Source of the DNA: Candidatus Hermodarchaeota archaeon
GTDB lineage: Archaea; Asgardarchaeota; Thorarchaeia; Thorarchaeales; Thorarchaeaceae
NCBI GenBank assembly: GCA_048885865.1
Contig: JBHLLF010000006.1
Coordinates: 1 to 64,000 of the forward strand
Reading direction: 5' to 3'
DNA length: 64,000 bases
In this document: positions 9,801-20,656 of the stretch, one piece after another
How positions within the stretch are numbered: the first letter of the stretch is position 1
How the letters are laid out: each line of letters begins with the position of its first letter
Notes under the pieces: generated by a model
Database searches by the model: none
Told to the model about the DNA's origin: nothing
What the model saw: only the letters and a program-made list of their open reading frames with translations
Made by a program: the position numbers and the translations under genes

Positions 9801-10583
9801 CTAATCAAGATGAATAACATCGCCCAGAGTCACGACTTCTCTGCCTGTTCCGGTGTTCACAATCAAAGATCCCGTTTCATCGATACTCTCAGCTACCCCT
9901 TCGATAACGCTGGTCTCTTGTTTAACTTTGACTTTCTTGCCAAGTGTGTCGCAGAGTCCGTTGTATTCAATGAGCATAGGAGCAAAGGATTCAGCGGCCT
10001 GGATTGTGATCAACCTTCTATCAATCTCACCCACGATACGTGATACTAGATGCTCGCGGGATGTGTTTGAACAAATCTCCTCATAGATTGTCGTCATACC
10101 ATTTCTTATCTCTGGAGGAAACTTCTCACGTTTGACGTTCTGATTTATCCCAACTCCCAGAACGACTCCCTTCACTTCGTCGCCTTCCGTGACCAATTCG
10201 CTCAGAATACCTCCAATCTTTCTCTGGCCAACTAAGATATCATTTGGCCATTTCAGACGTACTGGGATGACCCCCAGCTTCATTATCGCAGTAGCGGAAG
10301 CACACCCCATCAGAAGTCCAAGCAAGGGACTCAATGATTCATTAACCCTCGGCTTGAGTACAATCGACAGATATAGACTCCCCTCGGGAGAAATCCAAAC
10401 CCGATCATGTCTGCCTCGGCCTTCTGTCTGTTTATCTGCAACGACAACCAAGCCCTCACCCTCACCTTCTAGAACTCGTTGCTTGGCAACTGCATTCGTA
10501 GAGCCTACTTCATCCAGAACAATCAAACGGGGTGCTAGGATTTTGGTTTCTGCACACCTCAGAATCTCATCCTGGTTTAACAT
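9801..10583 (-). CDS. birA: Biotin--protein ligase (class I, no HTH)
   Basis: STN, QTEGRGRHDRVWISP, KWPNDIL, KIGGILSE and GVGIN motifs plus a C-terminal SH3-like domain. Start set at ATG 10583. Confidence 0.93.
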   Translation of the reverse strand: MLNQDEILRCAETKILAPRLIVLDEVGSTNAVAKQRVLEGEGEGLVVVADKQTEGRGRHDRVWISPEGSLYLSIVLKPRVNESLSPLLGLLMGCASATAIMKLGVIPVRLKWPNDILVGQRKIGGILSELVTEGDEVKGVVLGVGINQNVKREKFPPEIRNGMTTIYEEICSNTSREHLVSRIVGEIDRRLITIQAAESFAPMLIEYNGLCDTLGKKVKVKQETSVIEGVAESIDETGSLIVNTGTGREVVTLGDVIHLD

Positions 10584-10665
10584 CTCTCTGCACCCTCCGG
10601 TGAAGGTTTCCGTCCGGAATCTTAACCCCAAGCGCTTAAAAATGGGGGTTTTTTGGATGCTCCGT

Positions 10666-11505
10666 CTAAAACTCGTCCAGCGTTGTTTGGCTAATTGCCA
10701 GCTGAGGAAGCATTCGCTCGAGCTTTCCTTTCTGCACGGGGCTGATGCATTTCATCAATTCCATCATCTGTAATGCATTTGTGGGCCCATATCCAAAGAA
10801 GTGGTTGTTGAAGAACGAATAGACAGTTTCGTTCTCATCAAGAAGATGACTCAATCGATCTTTCCAATTCAATAGCTCCTCATGGGAATATCGATAGTTG
10901 TACCAAGGTTTGCTCCCATGGCCATGGAAACGAACATAGACAAAGTCTGTTGTCACTCTCATGGTTATTGGAAGGCGTGGCTCATCAACAATGACATGTG
11001 CAATTTGATAATCCTCAAGTAATCGCCAGATTCTATTATGTATCCAGCTTTCATGACGAAATTCTATTGCATATCGAAAATCAGGATCTAGTGCAGAGAA
11101 GAATGTTTCAAGGTCTCCAAACGTGGAAAGGTCCCACGGAGGTAGTTGGATTAGCAAAACGCCTAACCTTGGACTCATGGGTCGCATCCTATCAAAGAAG
11201 CCCGTCAATATCGCACCCGCCTCTGACTGTAGGTTCAATCTGTTGTTGTGAGTCACTCGATGTGGAATCTTTGCTGTGAAGTGTTTGGTTTCAGATAGAG
11301 TAGCCATCAAATATTGGATTATCGACTCTTTGGGAGGCCCATAGAAAGTGCTGTTTATCTCGGCGACATCAAAGTAGGTGAAATATTGCTGAAGCATGGT
11401 CCGATTCGAGCTGTAGAATATGCCTTTCCACTCAGGATAGGACCATCCACAGGTTCCAATATGGAGTCCTTTTCTCAGCGAAACTCTGCTCCTCAATACG
11501 CTCAT
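10666..11505 (-). CDS. DUF72 (YecE-like) TIM-barrel protein with C-terminal PIP-box-like motif
   Basis: IGTCGWSY, EINSTFY, LIQLPP, AIEFRHESW, YVRFHG and FFNNH motifs; ends in QTTLDEF. Confidence 0.92.
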   Translation of the reverse strand: MSVLRSRVSLRKGLHIGTCGWSYPEWKGIFYSSNRTMLQQYFTYFDVAEINSTFYGPPKESIIQYLMATLSETKHFTAKIPHRVTHNNRLNLQSEAGAILTGFFDRMRPMSPRLGVLLIQLPPWDLSTFGDLETFFSALDPDFRYAIEFRHESWIHNRIWRLLEDYQIAHVIVDEPRLPITMRVTTDFVYVRFHGHGSKPWYNYRYSHEELLNWKDRLSHLLDENETVYSFFNNHFFGYGPTNALQMMELMKCISPVQKGKLERMLPQLAISQTTLDEF

Positions 11506-11581
11506 ATAGAAATGTCTTCTCGGGCATTGAAAAGCACCCCCAAACTCAATCCTTTTACCTGTTGGTTGTGATAGTCACTAG

Positions 11582-12256
11582 ATGTGCGGTCGTTTCAATT
11601 TCCTAAGTCACAAGAGAGCTGTTGAGGAGAGGTATGAAGTCACTGACATTGACTTCGATATTGTCCCACGATACAATATTGCACCAAGCCAGAAGATTGC
11701 AACAGTGATTCAAGACCCGATGCTCCGCATAGTTGAGATGCGATGGGGCTACATACCCGTCTGGGCAAAGGATGAAAAGATTGGCTACAAGATGATAAAC
11801 TCACGTGCTGAGAAAGTAGCTGAAAGTCGAGTCTTCAAGAGCTCATTCCAGAAGAAGAGATGTCTGATACCCGCTACCGGTTTTTACGAATGGCAAAAGG
11901 TTGGAAAGGTCAAGAAGCCTATGCATATTCGGTTGGAGTCGAGAGAGATCTTCTCCTTTGCGGGAATATACAGCCGGTGGATATCTCCTCAAGAAAAGAT
12001 GGTATTGAGCTGTTCAATCATCACTACTACACCCAACAGTCTAGTTGAGCCAATTCATAATCGCATGCCAGTTATCCTACCGAGAGAGAAAGAAGCCACC
12101 TGGCTTGACCCCGAGATGCAGGATGTTGAGGTCCTGAAGGAGTTGCTCTTGCCCTATGAACCGGAAGGAATGGAGGCATACGAGGTTTCGACCTATGTCA
12201 ACTCTCCCAGCAATACAGGACCAGTTTGCACTACGCCAGTTCAGATGCAGTTATGA
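11582..12256 (+). CDS. SRAP family abasic-site processing protein (YedK/HMCES-like)
   Basis: N-terminal MCGRF, RYNIAPSQ, MRWG, INSRAE, RCLIPATGFYEW and IHNRMPVIL. Confidence 0.95.
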   Translation: MCGRFNFLSHKRAVEERYEVTDIDFDIVPRYNIAPSQKIATVIQDPMLRIVEMRWGYIPVWAKDEKIGYKMINSRAEKVAESRVFKSSFQKKRCLIPATGFYEWQKVGKVKKPMHIRLESREIFSFAGIYSRWISPQEKMVLSCSIITTTPNSLVEPIHNRMPVILPREKEATWLDPEMQDVEVLKELLLPYEPEGMEAYEVSTYVNSPSNTGPVCTTPVQMQL

Positions 12257-12268
12257 TTCTTATAGAAA

Positions 12269-13564
12269 TCAGGTAATGTCTAATTCCTCTTCCATTGGTT
12301 CTTCGATAACAACTTCAGCCTCTTGAAGTCTCTTAAGTTCCTCTTCTTTTCCTCTGAAGAAGTAGTAGAACATGAATATGCCGACGATATAGAGTCCGGA
12401 AACCAAGAGATAGGGTTCTCTATAGAGCCCTGCTGCAAGCATCCAGCCGCCGATGTTAGCAGCTACGCCTCTGGCCAGTGAGTCTCCAGTCCTCACAACT
12501 CCCATTGCTGTTGCTCGCTCTTCCTTTCTTAGACCTTCCATGAAGAAAGCATTGGAAATAGGTCCAGCCATGTTCATTAGAACAGCTCGCATAACATAAG
12601 CTATGACAGCGAAATAGAGGACTGGTGCCCAAGAAATCATCAGGAGGAAAGGTATCGAAAAGGCCTCTGTCAATATTATTGTCTTGACCTTTCCAATCCT
12701 GTCTGCGAGTGCGGGCGCAGCGAAGTTACCCGCGGACAGTGTTATTGTGTTGATTCCAAAGATTATCCCGATGAGAGCTGCATCTGCTTCAAAGACGCTC
12801 TCAAAGAAGAGGTTGAAGTACATGACGATCATTCCCGCGCCTAGACCAACAGTAGATATTGAGGCCATGTATCCACCAATGAAACTCCAATTCGTGACAT
12901 TCTGGAATCCCATTCTCATGTCGCAGTCCCTGGGAGGGTCACTACTCATCGGAATCAATAGGAGTGTTGACAGAAGCATTGGTCCTAGGCTAAACCATAG
13001 CGTCAATCGATATGGCCACAATAGATTCGGACCAAGAGCTAGGAATGATTGGAAAGCACCTGGTAGGAATCCGCCGAGGATATTTCCCGCAAGGACGGCC
13101 AGTAGGGAGATACCGCCGTTGAATCCAAAGAGGTGTGCACGTTCTTCTGAAGTAGAAAGATCAGTTATGTATGGTGCCCATGCCACTTGACCAAAAGCGC
13201 TTGTGAGGCCGAGAACTACCTGTGACATCATTAGAAGGATCGGGTCGACAACAGTGTACTGAACCGCAATCATTCCCAACCCGAGAACACTCTGGCTCAG
13301 AACAATACGTTTCCTGCTACTCCTGTCAGTCACCATCCCGGCAATAATGGCAATGGTGGCGGTTGCAAACATAGAAACTGATAGAAAAAGGCCAAGAAAA
13401 TCCTCTTCGAAACCAGGAATCGTAACCATGTAGAGATTGAACACAACATTGCTGACACCAAACGCGAAGGCGTTTAGGGCATTGGCTGCAATCCACAGAC
13501 GAGCATCCTTCTTGAAGAGCCTAAGCTTGCCCATGTATCCTAGCTTCGCATCTTGGGTCAACAA
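12269..13564 (-). CDS. MFS transporter
   Basis: About 12 hydrophobic segments; motif A-like GMVTDRSSRK and ALADRIGK. Confidence 0.9.
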   Translation of the reverse strand: MLTQDAKLGYMGKLRLFKKDARLWIAANALNAFAFGVSNVVFNLYMVTIPGFEEDFLGLFLSVSMFATATIAIIAGMVTDRSSRKRIVLSQSVLGLGMIAVQYTVVDPILLMMSQVVLGLTSAFGQVAWAPYITDLSTSEERAHLFGFNGGISLLAVLAGNILGGFLPGAFQSFLALGPNLLWPYRLTLWFSLGPMLLSTLLLIPMSSDPPRDCDMRMGFQNVTNWSFIGGYMASISTVGLGAGMIVMYFNLFFESVFEADAALIGIIFGINTITLSAGNFAAPALADRIGKVKTIILTEAFSIPFLLMISWAPVLYFAVIAYVMRAVLMNMAGPISNAFFMEGLRKEERATAMGVVRTGDSLARGVAANIGGWMLAAGLYREPYLLVSGLYIVGIFMFYYFFRGKEEELKRLQEAEVVIEEPMEEELDIT

Positions 13565-13676
13565 TGTTCATTCCTAAGAATCCAATCAATTCTGGTGGCT
13601 TGAAAACTCCCTTTATTCATTGTGCATGAAGCATGTACCGGAAGGCTAAAACTCGGCACATATCACATGAGGGACT

Positions 13677-14717
13677 ATGAAATCCATTGACCTCCGCAGT
13701 GACACTGTCACAAAACCAACCGATGAGATGATAGAAGCTATCGTTCGGGCCCATAAAGAAGACAGGTTCGGCGATGATGTGATTGGTGAGGACGAGGTAG
13801 TCCACGAGTTGCAAGACAAAGCAGCAAAGATTCTTGGAAAAGAGGCGGCACTTCTCGTCACATCAGGAACTCAGGGAAACCTCATCTCTCTATTTGCACA
13901 GACAAAAAGAGGCGACGAAATCGTTGTAGAGAATAATTCTCACACGTTCCTCTTTGAGGGCGGGGCAATGTCATCAATGGGAGGTCTATACCCAAAGCCA
14001 GTGGAAGGAATAAAGGGATACATAACGCCAGAAACTCTTGAGACTGCAATAAGCCCGGATGATGCTCATTATGCCAGAACATCAATGGTCGTAATTGAGA
14101 ACACCCACAATTACGCTGGAGGGGCAGTAATTACGCATGAGCAAGTAAAAGCGCTCACAGAAAAGGCTAGAGAGTATAATCTGAAAGTGCATTGTGATGG
14201 AGCGCGTCTTTTCAACGCATCAGTAGCTCTTGGAGTTCCTGCACACAGACTTGTAGAAGATTGCGACTCTGTTCAGATATGTTTGAGTAAGGGACTCTCT
14301 GCTCCGATTGGGTCCATTATTGCTGGCTCTAGGGAGTTCATCCATGAAGGTCATAGGATTAGAAAGAAGCTCGGGGGAGGGATGCGCCAGGCTGGTGTCA
14401 TAGCAGCTCCGGGCATTATTGCACTGGAGAAGATGGTTGATCGTTTGAAGGAAGACCATGCCAATGCTCAGCTGCTCTATGAGCGTCTGTCGACAATACC
14501 CAATCTTGGTGTGGCAAAACCGGATACCAACATCCTCTTTCTTGAGTTGGACAAACTAGACATCAACACAATGGGCCTTTCACAAGAACTGGCAAAACAC
14601 GACATTAAGGTGTATGGAAGATACGGAACTCGAACAAGAATCGTACTTCACAGGATGGTTTCCAGAGAAGACACAATCAGAGTGGCAGAAGCTATTGAAC
14701 AGATACTCACGCGTTAA
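13677..14717 (+). CDS. ltaE: Low-specificity L-threonine aldolase (PLP)
   Basis: IDLRSDTVT, SGTQGN, ENTHN, HCDGARLFNA, CLSKGL (PLP Lys) and GGGMRQAG. Confidence 0.93.
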   Translation: MKSIDLRSDTVTKPTDEMIEAIVRAHKEDRFGDDVIGEDEVVHELQDKAAKILGKEAALLVTSGTQGNLISLFAQTKRGDEIVVENNSHTFLFEGGAMSSMGGLYPKPVEGIKGYITPETLETAISPDDAHYARTSMVVIENTHNYAGGAVITHEQVKALTEKAREYNLKVHCDGARLFNASVALGVPAHRLVEDCDSVQICLSKGLSAPIGSIIAGSREFIHEGHRIRKKLGGGMRQAGVIAAPGIIALEKMVDRLKEDHANAQLLYERLSTIPNLGVAKPDTNILFLELDKLDINTMGLSQELAKHDIKVYGRYGTRTRIVLHRMVSREDTIRVAEAIEQILTR

Positions 14718-15121
14718 TCCTGCTTCTGGCAGAGTTCTACAAGTACACCACCAGTTGACTTGGGGTGCACGAATGCAATTCTCATATTGTGAGCTCCAAG
14801 ACGGGCCTCGTGGTCTATTAGGCGAGCGCCAGTCTCCTCATGTTGTTTTAGGGCCACTTCAATATCATCAACTCTTACTGCTATGTGATGTATGCCTGGG
14901 CCGCGGTTGGCAAGAAATTTGGCTATGGGACTATCTTCGGCCGTTGGCTCGAGAAGCTCAATGCTGCTCTCTCCAATACCAAAAAAGGCGACCCGCACCT
15001 TCTGTTCTTCAATGACTTCTTCGCCTCCATACTCGAGACCTAATCCATCCTTGTAGTAGGGTAGCATCTTCTCAATGCTCTCAACTGCAATACCAATATG
15101 CTCAATCTTCTCAACTGCCAT
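14714..15121 (-). CDS. mce: Methylmalonyl-CoA epimerase
   Basis: HIGIAV, IELLEP, GIHHIAV, AFVHPKSTGGVLVEL; last gene of the mutase operon. Confidence 0.95.
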   Translation of the reverse strand: MAVEKIEHIGIAVESIEKMLPYYKDGLGLEYGGEEVIEEQKVRVAFFGIGESSIELLEPTAEDSPIAKFLANRGPGIHHIAVRVDDIEVALKQHEETGARLIDHEARLGAHNMRIAFVHPKSTGGVLVELCQKQD

Positions 15122-15131
15122 TTCTCATCAC

Positions 15132-16802
15132 CTACAGAATATCTGGCGCCTTGTACTCACCAAATACATCACGCAGCACGCTGCATATCTCGCCCAGTGT
15201 GGCATACACCTTAACCGCATCAAGTATCAGCGGGACCAAATTAGTATCACCCTCAGCCCCTTCCCTCAATGCATCAAGTGAAGCCTGAACCTTAGATGCG
15301 TCGCGCTTGCTTCGAGCCTCATTCAATTGTTTGACCTGTTCCACCTCGGCCTCTGGATTGACTCGGAGGTAGTCGAATTGCTGCTCCTCTTCAACAGTGA
15401 ACTCATTGACTCCAACAACTATTCTCTCTCCAGAGTCAATGCTTCGTTGATACTTGTAGGCGCTATTGTGAATCTCCCGCTGAATGAACCCTTGCTCAAT
15501 TGCCACTGGAGCACCACCCATGTCATCTATCTGCTCGATGTACTCAATAGCCCGATCCTCAATCTCTTTTGTTAAAGCCTCTACAAAGTATGATCCAGCC
15601 ATTGGATCTATCGTATCACCTACTGCAGTTTCGTGTGCAATGATCTGCTGAGTCCTGAGGGCGATTTGGACTGACTCCTCAGTTGGGAGTGATAGTGCCT
15701 CATCTCTGGAATTGGTGTGCAAGGACTGCGTGCCTCCGAGGACTGCTTGAAGTGCTTGAAGGGTAACGCGAACTACATTGTTATCAGGCTGTTGTGCTGT
15801 GAGTGTATAGCCTGCGGTCTGAGTGTGAAATCTCATTCTTGATGAATTCTCATCTTTCGCTCCGAATCGTTCCTTCATGATCTTTGCCCAGATTCTGCGG
15901 GCAGCTCTGAACTTCGCAATCTCCTCGAAGAATTCACTTGCTGAGCCAAAGAAGAATGAAAGTCGAGAGGCAAAGGAATCGACATCCAAGCCTGCTTTGA
16001 TTGCTGCATCCACGTAGGCAATGCCATTTGCTAGAGTGAAGGCAACCTCTTGGACAGCAGTAGAGCCAGCCTCCCGAATGTGATAGCCTGAGATGCTGAT
16101 AGTATTGAAAAGGGGCATGTTCTCAGAACAGAACTTGAATGTGTCAGTGATTAATCGCATCGAGGGTTTAGGTGGAAAGATGTACGTGCCACGCGCGGCA
16201 TACTCCTTCAAGACATCGTTTTGAATTGTGCCTCTAAGCTTGTCCATGGCTACTCCCTGCTTCTCACCTACAGCAATGTACATGGCAAGTAAGACCGCAG
16301 CGGGCGAATTGATTGTCATTGATGTGCTGACCTTATCGAGAGGAATTCCATCAAAGAGCACCTCCATATCAGCCAGTGAGTCAATTGCGACTCCAACCTT
16401 ACCAACTTCTCCTCTAGCTAGCTCATGGTCTGAGTCGTATCCGATTTGTGTGGGGAGGTCAAACGCAATCGAGAGCCCAGTCTGACCTTGCTCTAGAAGG
16501 AAGCGGAATCGCTCATTGGTTTCTTTCGCAGTAGCAAATCCGCTATACTGTCGCATGGTCCAGAATCTACCGCGGTATGAAGTTGGCTGAACCCCGCGAG
16601 TAAACGGATACTCACCGGGAAATCCCAATTCCTCTAGATAGTCGATTGATTCAATGTCCAAAGGTGTATAGATTCTCTTCACAGGGATTCCAGAAACAGT
16701 CCTGAATTCTTCTTTACGTTCAGGGAATCTACTCACAGTCTTGTCGACAACGGTTTCCTTCCATCGCTTTAGCGCATGGGGAAGTTCTTCCTTCTCTCCC
16801 AT
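15132..16802 (-). CDS. mcmA: Methylmalonyl-CoA mutase, large (substrate-binding) subunit
   Basis: [14 protein letters not shown] (Tyr), [27 protein letters not shown] (Arg), [12 protein letters not shown] and [14 protein letters not shown]. Confidence 0.93.
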   Translation of the reverse strand: MGEKEELPHALKRWKETVVDKTVSRFPERKEEFRTVSGIPVKRIYTPLDIESIDYLEELGFPGEYPFTRGVQPTSYRGRFWTMRQYSGFATAKETNERFRFLLEQGQTGLSIAFDLPTQIGYDSDHELARGEVGKVGVAIDSLADMEVLFDGIPLDKVSTSMTINSPAAVLLAMYIAVGEKQGVAMDKLRGTIQNDVLKEYAARGTYIFPPKPSMRLITDTFKFCSENMPLFNTISISGYHIREAGSTAVQEVAFTLANGIAYVDAAIKAGLDVDSFASRLSFFFGSASEFFEEIAKFRAARRIWAKIMKERFGAKDENSSRMRFHTQTAGYTLTAQQPDNNVVRVTLQALQAVLGGTQSLHTNSRDEALSLPTEESVQIALRTQQIIAHETAVGDTIDPMAGSYFVEALTKEIEDRAIEYIEQIDDMGGAPVAIEQGFIQREIHNSAYKYQRSIDSGERIVVGVNEFTVEEEQQFDYLRVNPEAEVEQVKQLNEARSKRDASKVQASLDALREGAEGDTNLVPLILDAVKVYATLGEICSVLRDVFGEYKAPDIL

Positions 16803-16812
16803 GATAGAACAC

Positions 16813-17790
16813 CTACTCTTTACTGCTCTTCACAAGGAATTCCGCAATGAGCCTCTCAGCCACTGTGTACGGGTCTTCATTCCTCTTCGCAATCCTATCT
16901 ATGGCTTCAGCATACTCAGGCGCATCCCTGAGTCTGTCCAGAAGCTTGCGTGTGAGTCTGTATCTCATTAGATCCTCAAGCTCTTCTTGACTTCGTTTGA
17001 GGTCCTTTTTCTCCATAAGCCCAGACTTCTTCAGGAACTCAAAATGCTCACCAATCTTGTCAACCAGAGTCGATATACCCTCACCAGATCTTGCGTTTGT
17101 AAGAATGACTGGCGGGTTCCATTCTCGTTCTCGCTGATCCAAGTCCAGCATGGTTTCTATCTCTGACACTTTCTTTTCAGCGCCAGGTAAATCTGACTTG
17201 TTTACCACAAAGATATCAGCTATCTCCATAATGCCTGCTTTTATCGCTTGGATGTCATCTCCGCTTCCGGGAACATCAGTCACAACAACAGTATGAGCAA
17301 TCTCAATAATCTCGACTTCTGATTGCCCTGCACCAACGGTTTCAACAATGATTACATCTTTTCCGAAAGCATCGACAGCTCTCACTGCATCTGAAGTGCT
17401 TCTTGCTAGTCCGCCCAGATGACCACGAGTGCCCATGCTGCGCACATAGACTTCATCGTCCACGGCATGTTCCTGCATCCGAATACGGTCACCTAGTAGA
17501 GCACCGCCAGAGAATGGACTTGATGGGTCCACACAGATGACACCAATAGACTGATTGTTCTTTCTGAATTCAGCTATTATCCGGGTGACAATTGTGCTTT
17601 TCCCTGAACCGGGAGGACCTGTTACGCCAATGATATGAGCATCGCCAGTGTGTTTGTAGAGCTCTGCTAGAGCCTTTGATGCAGCTGGATCCTCGTCTTC
17701 AATCATGGTGATGAGCTGTGCCAGTGCACGTCTCTTGCCCTCGAGGACTCCCTTGGCAACCTCAGATTTTGACAAACTGGCCGTCCTCAC
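16813..17790 (-). CDS. meaB: Mutase-associated GTPase chaperone MeaB/ArgK
   Basis: [46 protein letters not shown] and NKSD. Confidence 0.95.
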   Translation of the reverse strand: MRTASLSKSEVAKGVLEGKRRALAQLITMIEDEDPAASKALAELYKHTGDAHIIGVTGPPGSGKSTIVTRIIAEFRKNNQSIGVICVDPSSPFSGGALLGDRIRMQEHAVDDEVYVRSMGTRGHLGGLARSTSDAVRAVDAFGKDVIIVETVGAGQSEVEIIEIAHTVVVTDVPGSGDDIQAIKAGIMEIADIFVVNKSDLPGAEKKVSEIETMLDLDQREREWNPPVILTNARSGEGISTLVDKIGEHFEFLKKSGLMEKKDLKRSQEELEDLMRYRLTRKLLDRLRDAPEYAEAIDRIAKRNEDPYTVAERLIAEFLVKSSKE

Positions 17791-17798
17791 ATTTCAGA

Positions 17799-18200
17799 TT
17801 ACATCTTCACATTGGTCTTGATGTACTCAGTGATTTCATCAAGCGGGGTTCCAGGGCCAAAAATCTCAGCTATGCCTGCTTTCTTTAGTTCAGCTACATC
17901 ATCTTCAGGGATTATGCCGCCTCCTACAACGAGGATGTCATCAGCTCCTTCCTGTTTGAGTAGCTGCAGAACCTTTGGAAATAGGGCCATATGTGCTCCA
18001 CTGAGAATGCTCAATCCAATGCAGTTTACGGCTTCATCAATCGCGGCACGGACTATCATTTCAGGAGTCTGTCGGAGACCTGTGTAGATCACTTCCATCC
18101 CGGCATCTCTGAGGGCGCGTGCAACCACCTTAGCACCCCTATCATGACCGTCTAGCCCAGGTTTGGCAACCAGAACACGAATCTTCTTGGCCGAACTCAA
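17799..18200 (-). CDS. Acyl-CoA mutase small (cobalamin-binding) subunit
   Basis: [10 protein letters not shown] (DxHxxG), GLSILSGAH and GGGIIP. Confidence 0.95.
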   Translation of the reverse strand: MSSAKKIRVLVAKPGLDGHDRGAKVVARALRDAGMEVIYTGLRQTPEMIVRAAIDEAVNCIGLSILSGAHMALFPKVLQLLKQEGADDILVVGGGIIPEDDVAELKKAGIAEIFGPGTPLDEITEYIKTNVKM

Positions 18201-18332
18201 AAGCCCACCTCATTCTTGATTGGACACGCTGAAACCTCTAGTGACGATATAAAGCCTTTCGATTCACAGCTGGAGGCTAGATACAAGGTTATTAAGAGCA
18301 CTTGTGCGCTCAATCTTGAGGTAGATAATGTC

Positions 18333-18599
18333 ATGGCAGCGGCTCCAGATGAAATGACACAGTACGACTGGTTCGGACAAGCTAGAATATTCGAGATAGC
18401 TGAGGATTACGAGTCAGCGCTTCAAGCATATGAAAAGGCCTTGGAGATAGATCCGAATTTTGCCAAGGCCTGGTACTACAAAGCAAAGCTGCACCACCAG
18501 CTTGGCCAGAAATCTGACGCTCAAGAATGCGGCAGAAAAGCATTGGCACTAAAGCCTGATTGGGAGAAGCATCTTAGGAAGTTTCTACCCGAACTATAA
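18333..18599 (+). CDS. Small TPR-repeat protein
   Basis: YESALQAYEKALEIDPNFAKAWYYKA TPR consensus; start set at ATG 18333, which follows GAGGT. Confidence 0.85.
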   Translation: MAAAPDEMTQYDWFGQARIFEIAEDYESALQAYEKALEIDPNFAKAWYYKAKLHHQLGQKSDAQECGRKALALKPDWEKHLRKFLPEL

Positions 18600-18608
18600 G
18601 AGAAATCA

Positions 18609-19076
18609 CTACCTCAATGCTTCAGAAGAGTCTGGGTACAAAAGAACATAGACCGCTTGGTTCAGAGTCAATATGTTGCTATTCACCCATTCAAAGACCA
18701 TGTCCACGTTTTCTTTCGATGAGAGCCTTCCAAGAGCATCCATCGTAGCAGCCTTGCAGTCTGGAGTTTCAAGCAGGTCTTCAATTGTCTTCACAAGAAT
18801 CATCTGTCTGACATCTGGACTGGTTTCAGTTAACCAATGAAGCACATTGTCTTTGACATCCGACTCGAGACCGGAATGGGCGGCAGCTTCGCTCAGAGTA
18901 TTTGAAATCGTTGACACGACCTCTTTATCCTTGATATCCTTCAGCTCGTTTTCAATGATTGTGACAATAACTTGAGTTATATCTGGATCACTTCGAATGA
19001 TGCCAACAAGATCAGCCCGTGCTTTCATGGGGCCATTCTCTTCATCTCTTGTCAAGGGTGTCGAGACTCCTATCAA
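18609..19076 (-). CDS. Hypothetical alpha-helical protein
   Basis: Uninterrupted ORF filling the gap; internal similarity between SDPDITQVIVTIIENEL and TSPDVRQMILVKTIEDLL. Confidence 0.65.
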   Translation of the reverse strand: MIGVSTPLTRDEENGPMKARADLVGIIRSDPDITQVIVTIIENELKDIKDKEVVSTISNTLSEAAAHSGLESDVKDNVLHWLTETSPDVRQMILVKTIEDLLETPDCKAATMDALGRLSSKENVDMVFEWVNSNILTLNQAVYVLLYPDSSEALR

Positions 19077-19127
19077 GTCTGGTTACTAGAACCTTCCAAA
19101 CCGAATATAGATGTTGCTCGTCTTGTC

Positions 19128-19871
19128 TCAGATATAGCTCTCCAATTCTAACAATGAGTCAACAATAAGGTTTGGGGCTGTTGAGTGCCCGTATCTCTCA
19201 AGCATTTCATCAATAGACTGCTTTCGGTGATTAACCCAAACTGTGCTCATTCCTACTGCCTTGGCGCCAACCATATCATTGAAGAACTCATCACCTATCA
19301 TAACAGATTTTTCTGGTTTGGCACCCAATTTATCAAGAGCATATTGGAAGGGCGCGCTCTCAGGCTTGAATGCATGTATCTCGCTTCCATCAACAATAAT
19401 GTAGAAGAATCGGTCGAGTTCAAGCTCCTTCAGGATTTTGTTCGCATGACCCTCAAAGGAATTTGTGACTATTCCCATCCTAATGTCATACGATTGAAGT
19501 TTTTCGAGCAGCGAATCAACACCAGGCATCTTCCTTGAGAGGTCCATGTGCAATCGCTTGAAGATCTGTGATGCTTCTTCCAGAAGCTCTTCACTGAATT
19601 CAAGATTCAATTCAACTAATGTAGTACGAATAGCATCCTTGACAACTTGAACTGGCGGACGGTAATTTCCGCTTTCTGCAACATCCTTCAATTCCAGACG
19701 ATAGTTGCGTACAAGAGTCATAACATATGAAGTCATCAAATCTTCAGGAGTGTTGGAGTATTTTGCCAGTAACCATTCACTAGCTCTGAGTGGATACGAC
19801 TGTGTATCAGTGAGAGTAGAATCTAGATCGAATAGGATTGCTTCGAATGATCTCAGACTGAACTCTTTCAC
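19128..19871 (-). CDS. HAD-superfamily hydrolase (subfamily IA)
   Basis: FDLDSTL, IVTNS, KP and MIGDEFFNDMVGA motifs I-IV. Confidence 0.92.
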   Translation of the reverse strand: MKEFSLRSFEAILFDLDSTLTDTQSYPLRASEWLLAKYSNTPEDLMTSYVMTLVRNYRLELKDVAESGNYRPPVQVVKDAIRTTLVELNLEFSEELLEEASQIFKRLHMDLSRKMPGVDSLLEKLQSYDIRMGIVTNSFEGHANKILKELELDRFFYIIVDGSEIHAFKPESAPFQYALDKLGAKPEKSVMIGDEFFNDMVGAKAVGMSTVWVNHRKQSIDEMLERYGHSTAPNLIVDSLLELESYI

Positions 19872-19874
19872 AGA

Positions 19875-20645
19875 TTAGCCGCCCTTTCCCAGGTAAATTC
19901 CGTTAGGGTCTAGCTTGTGCATAATATCAATCTGTTCTTGTGTCGGTTCGCTCGTCGTAGGAACTTCATCAGGTACAATCAGATCGAACATGATGTTGTC
20001 AAGAACATCTTGAACGGCAAATCCAGGATGAACTGACATTAGTCGTATCTTCAGAGTATCTGGATCAAAGTCCATTTGACACATGTCAGTGATGACTACA
20101 TCAGGTCCCCCACCCACCAGAGACCATTTCTCACGTGAGCCAGGACCTTCCATATGGCCTGGGCTTGTGAAGTAATCGAGCTTCTTGACAAACTTCCGCT
20201 TGTCGTGAGTCATCATGACGATAAGACGCTTCGCTGAGGATGCGATGTCATTTCCTCCACCACTACCAGGTAGCTTCACTAAAGGCTTCTCGAATGGACC
20301 GATGTAGGTGGTGTTCAGATTGCCGTGCTCGTCAATCTGTGCCGCACCCAAGAACCCAACGTCAATGCGTCCACCTTGAAGAATGAATCCCAAGGTCTCT
20401 ATGAGTCCAATAGCCGCTGAACAACCGTAATAATATCTGGTGTCAGCGACTGAGAGAGGCACCTCTCTGGGCCGAGCATCAATGAAGCCTGCCTCCGAAA
20501 TTAGGTTTGCATTTGGAGCATGAGTTTCTTTTGCCAGCAGAGCTGCCAATAGAGGCATTCCAGTACCACCGAAGACAGCCTCACCATCTCTCACATGACT
20601 TGATGCACATGCGACCAAGAACTCAATCTTGCTGTATTCAACCAT
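19875..20645 (-). CDS. gctB: Family I CoA-transferase beta subunit (glutaconate CoA-transferase-like)
   Basis: GTGMP, LISEAG (catalytic Glu position), FLGAAQID-xx-GNLN and LPGSGGGNDIAS. Start set at ATG 20645 to avoid overlap. Confidence 0.85.
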   Translation of the reverse strand: MVEYSKIEFLVACASSHVRDGEAVFGGTGMPLLAALLAKETHAPNANLISEAGFIDARPREVPLSVADTRYYYGCSAAIGLIETLGFILQGGRIDVGFLGAAQIDEHGNLNTTYIGPFEKPLVKLPGSGGGNDIASSAKRLIVMMTHDKRKFVKKLDYFTSPGHMEGPGSREKWSLVGGGPDVVITDMCQMDFDPDTLKIRLMSVHPGFAVQDVLDNIMFDLIVPDEVPTTSEPTQEQIDIMHKLDPNGIYLGKGG

Positions 20646-20656
20646 CAGACCCTCTC

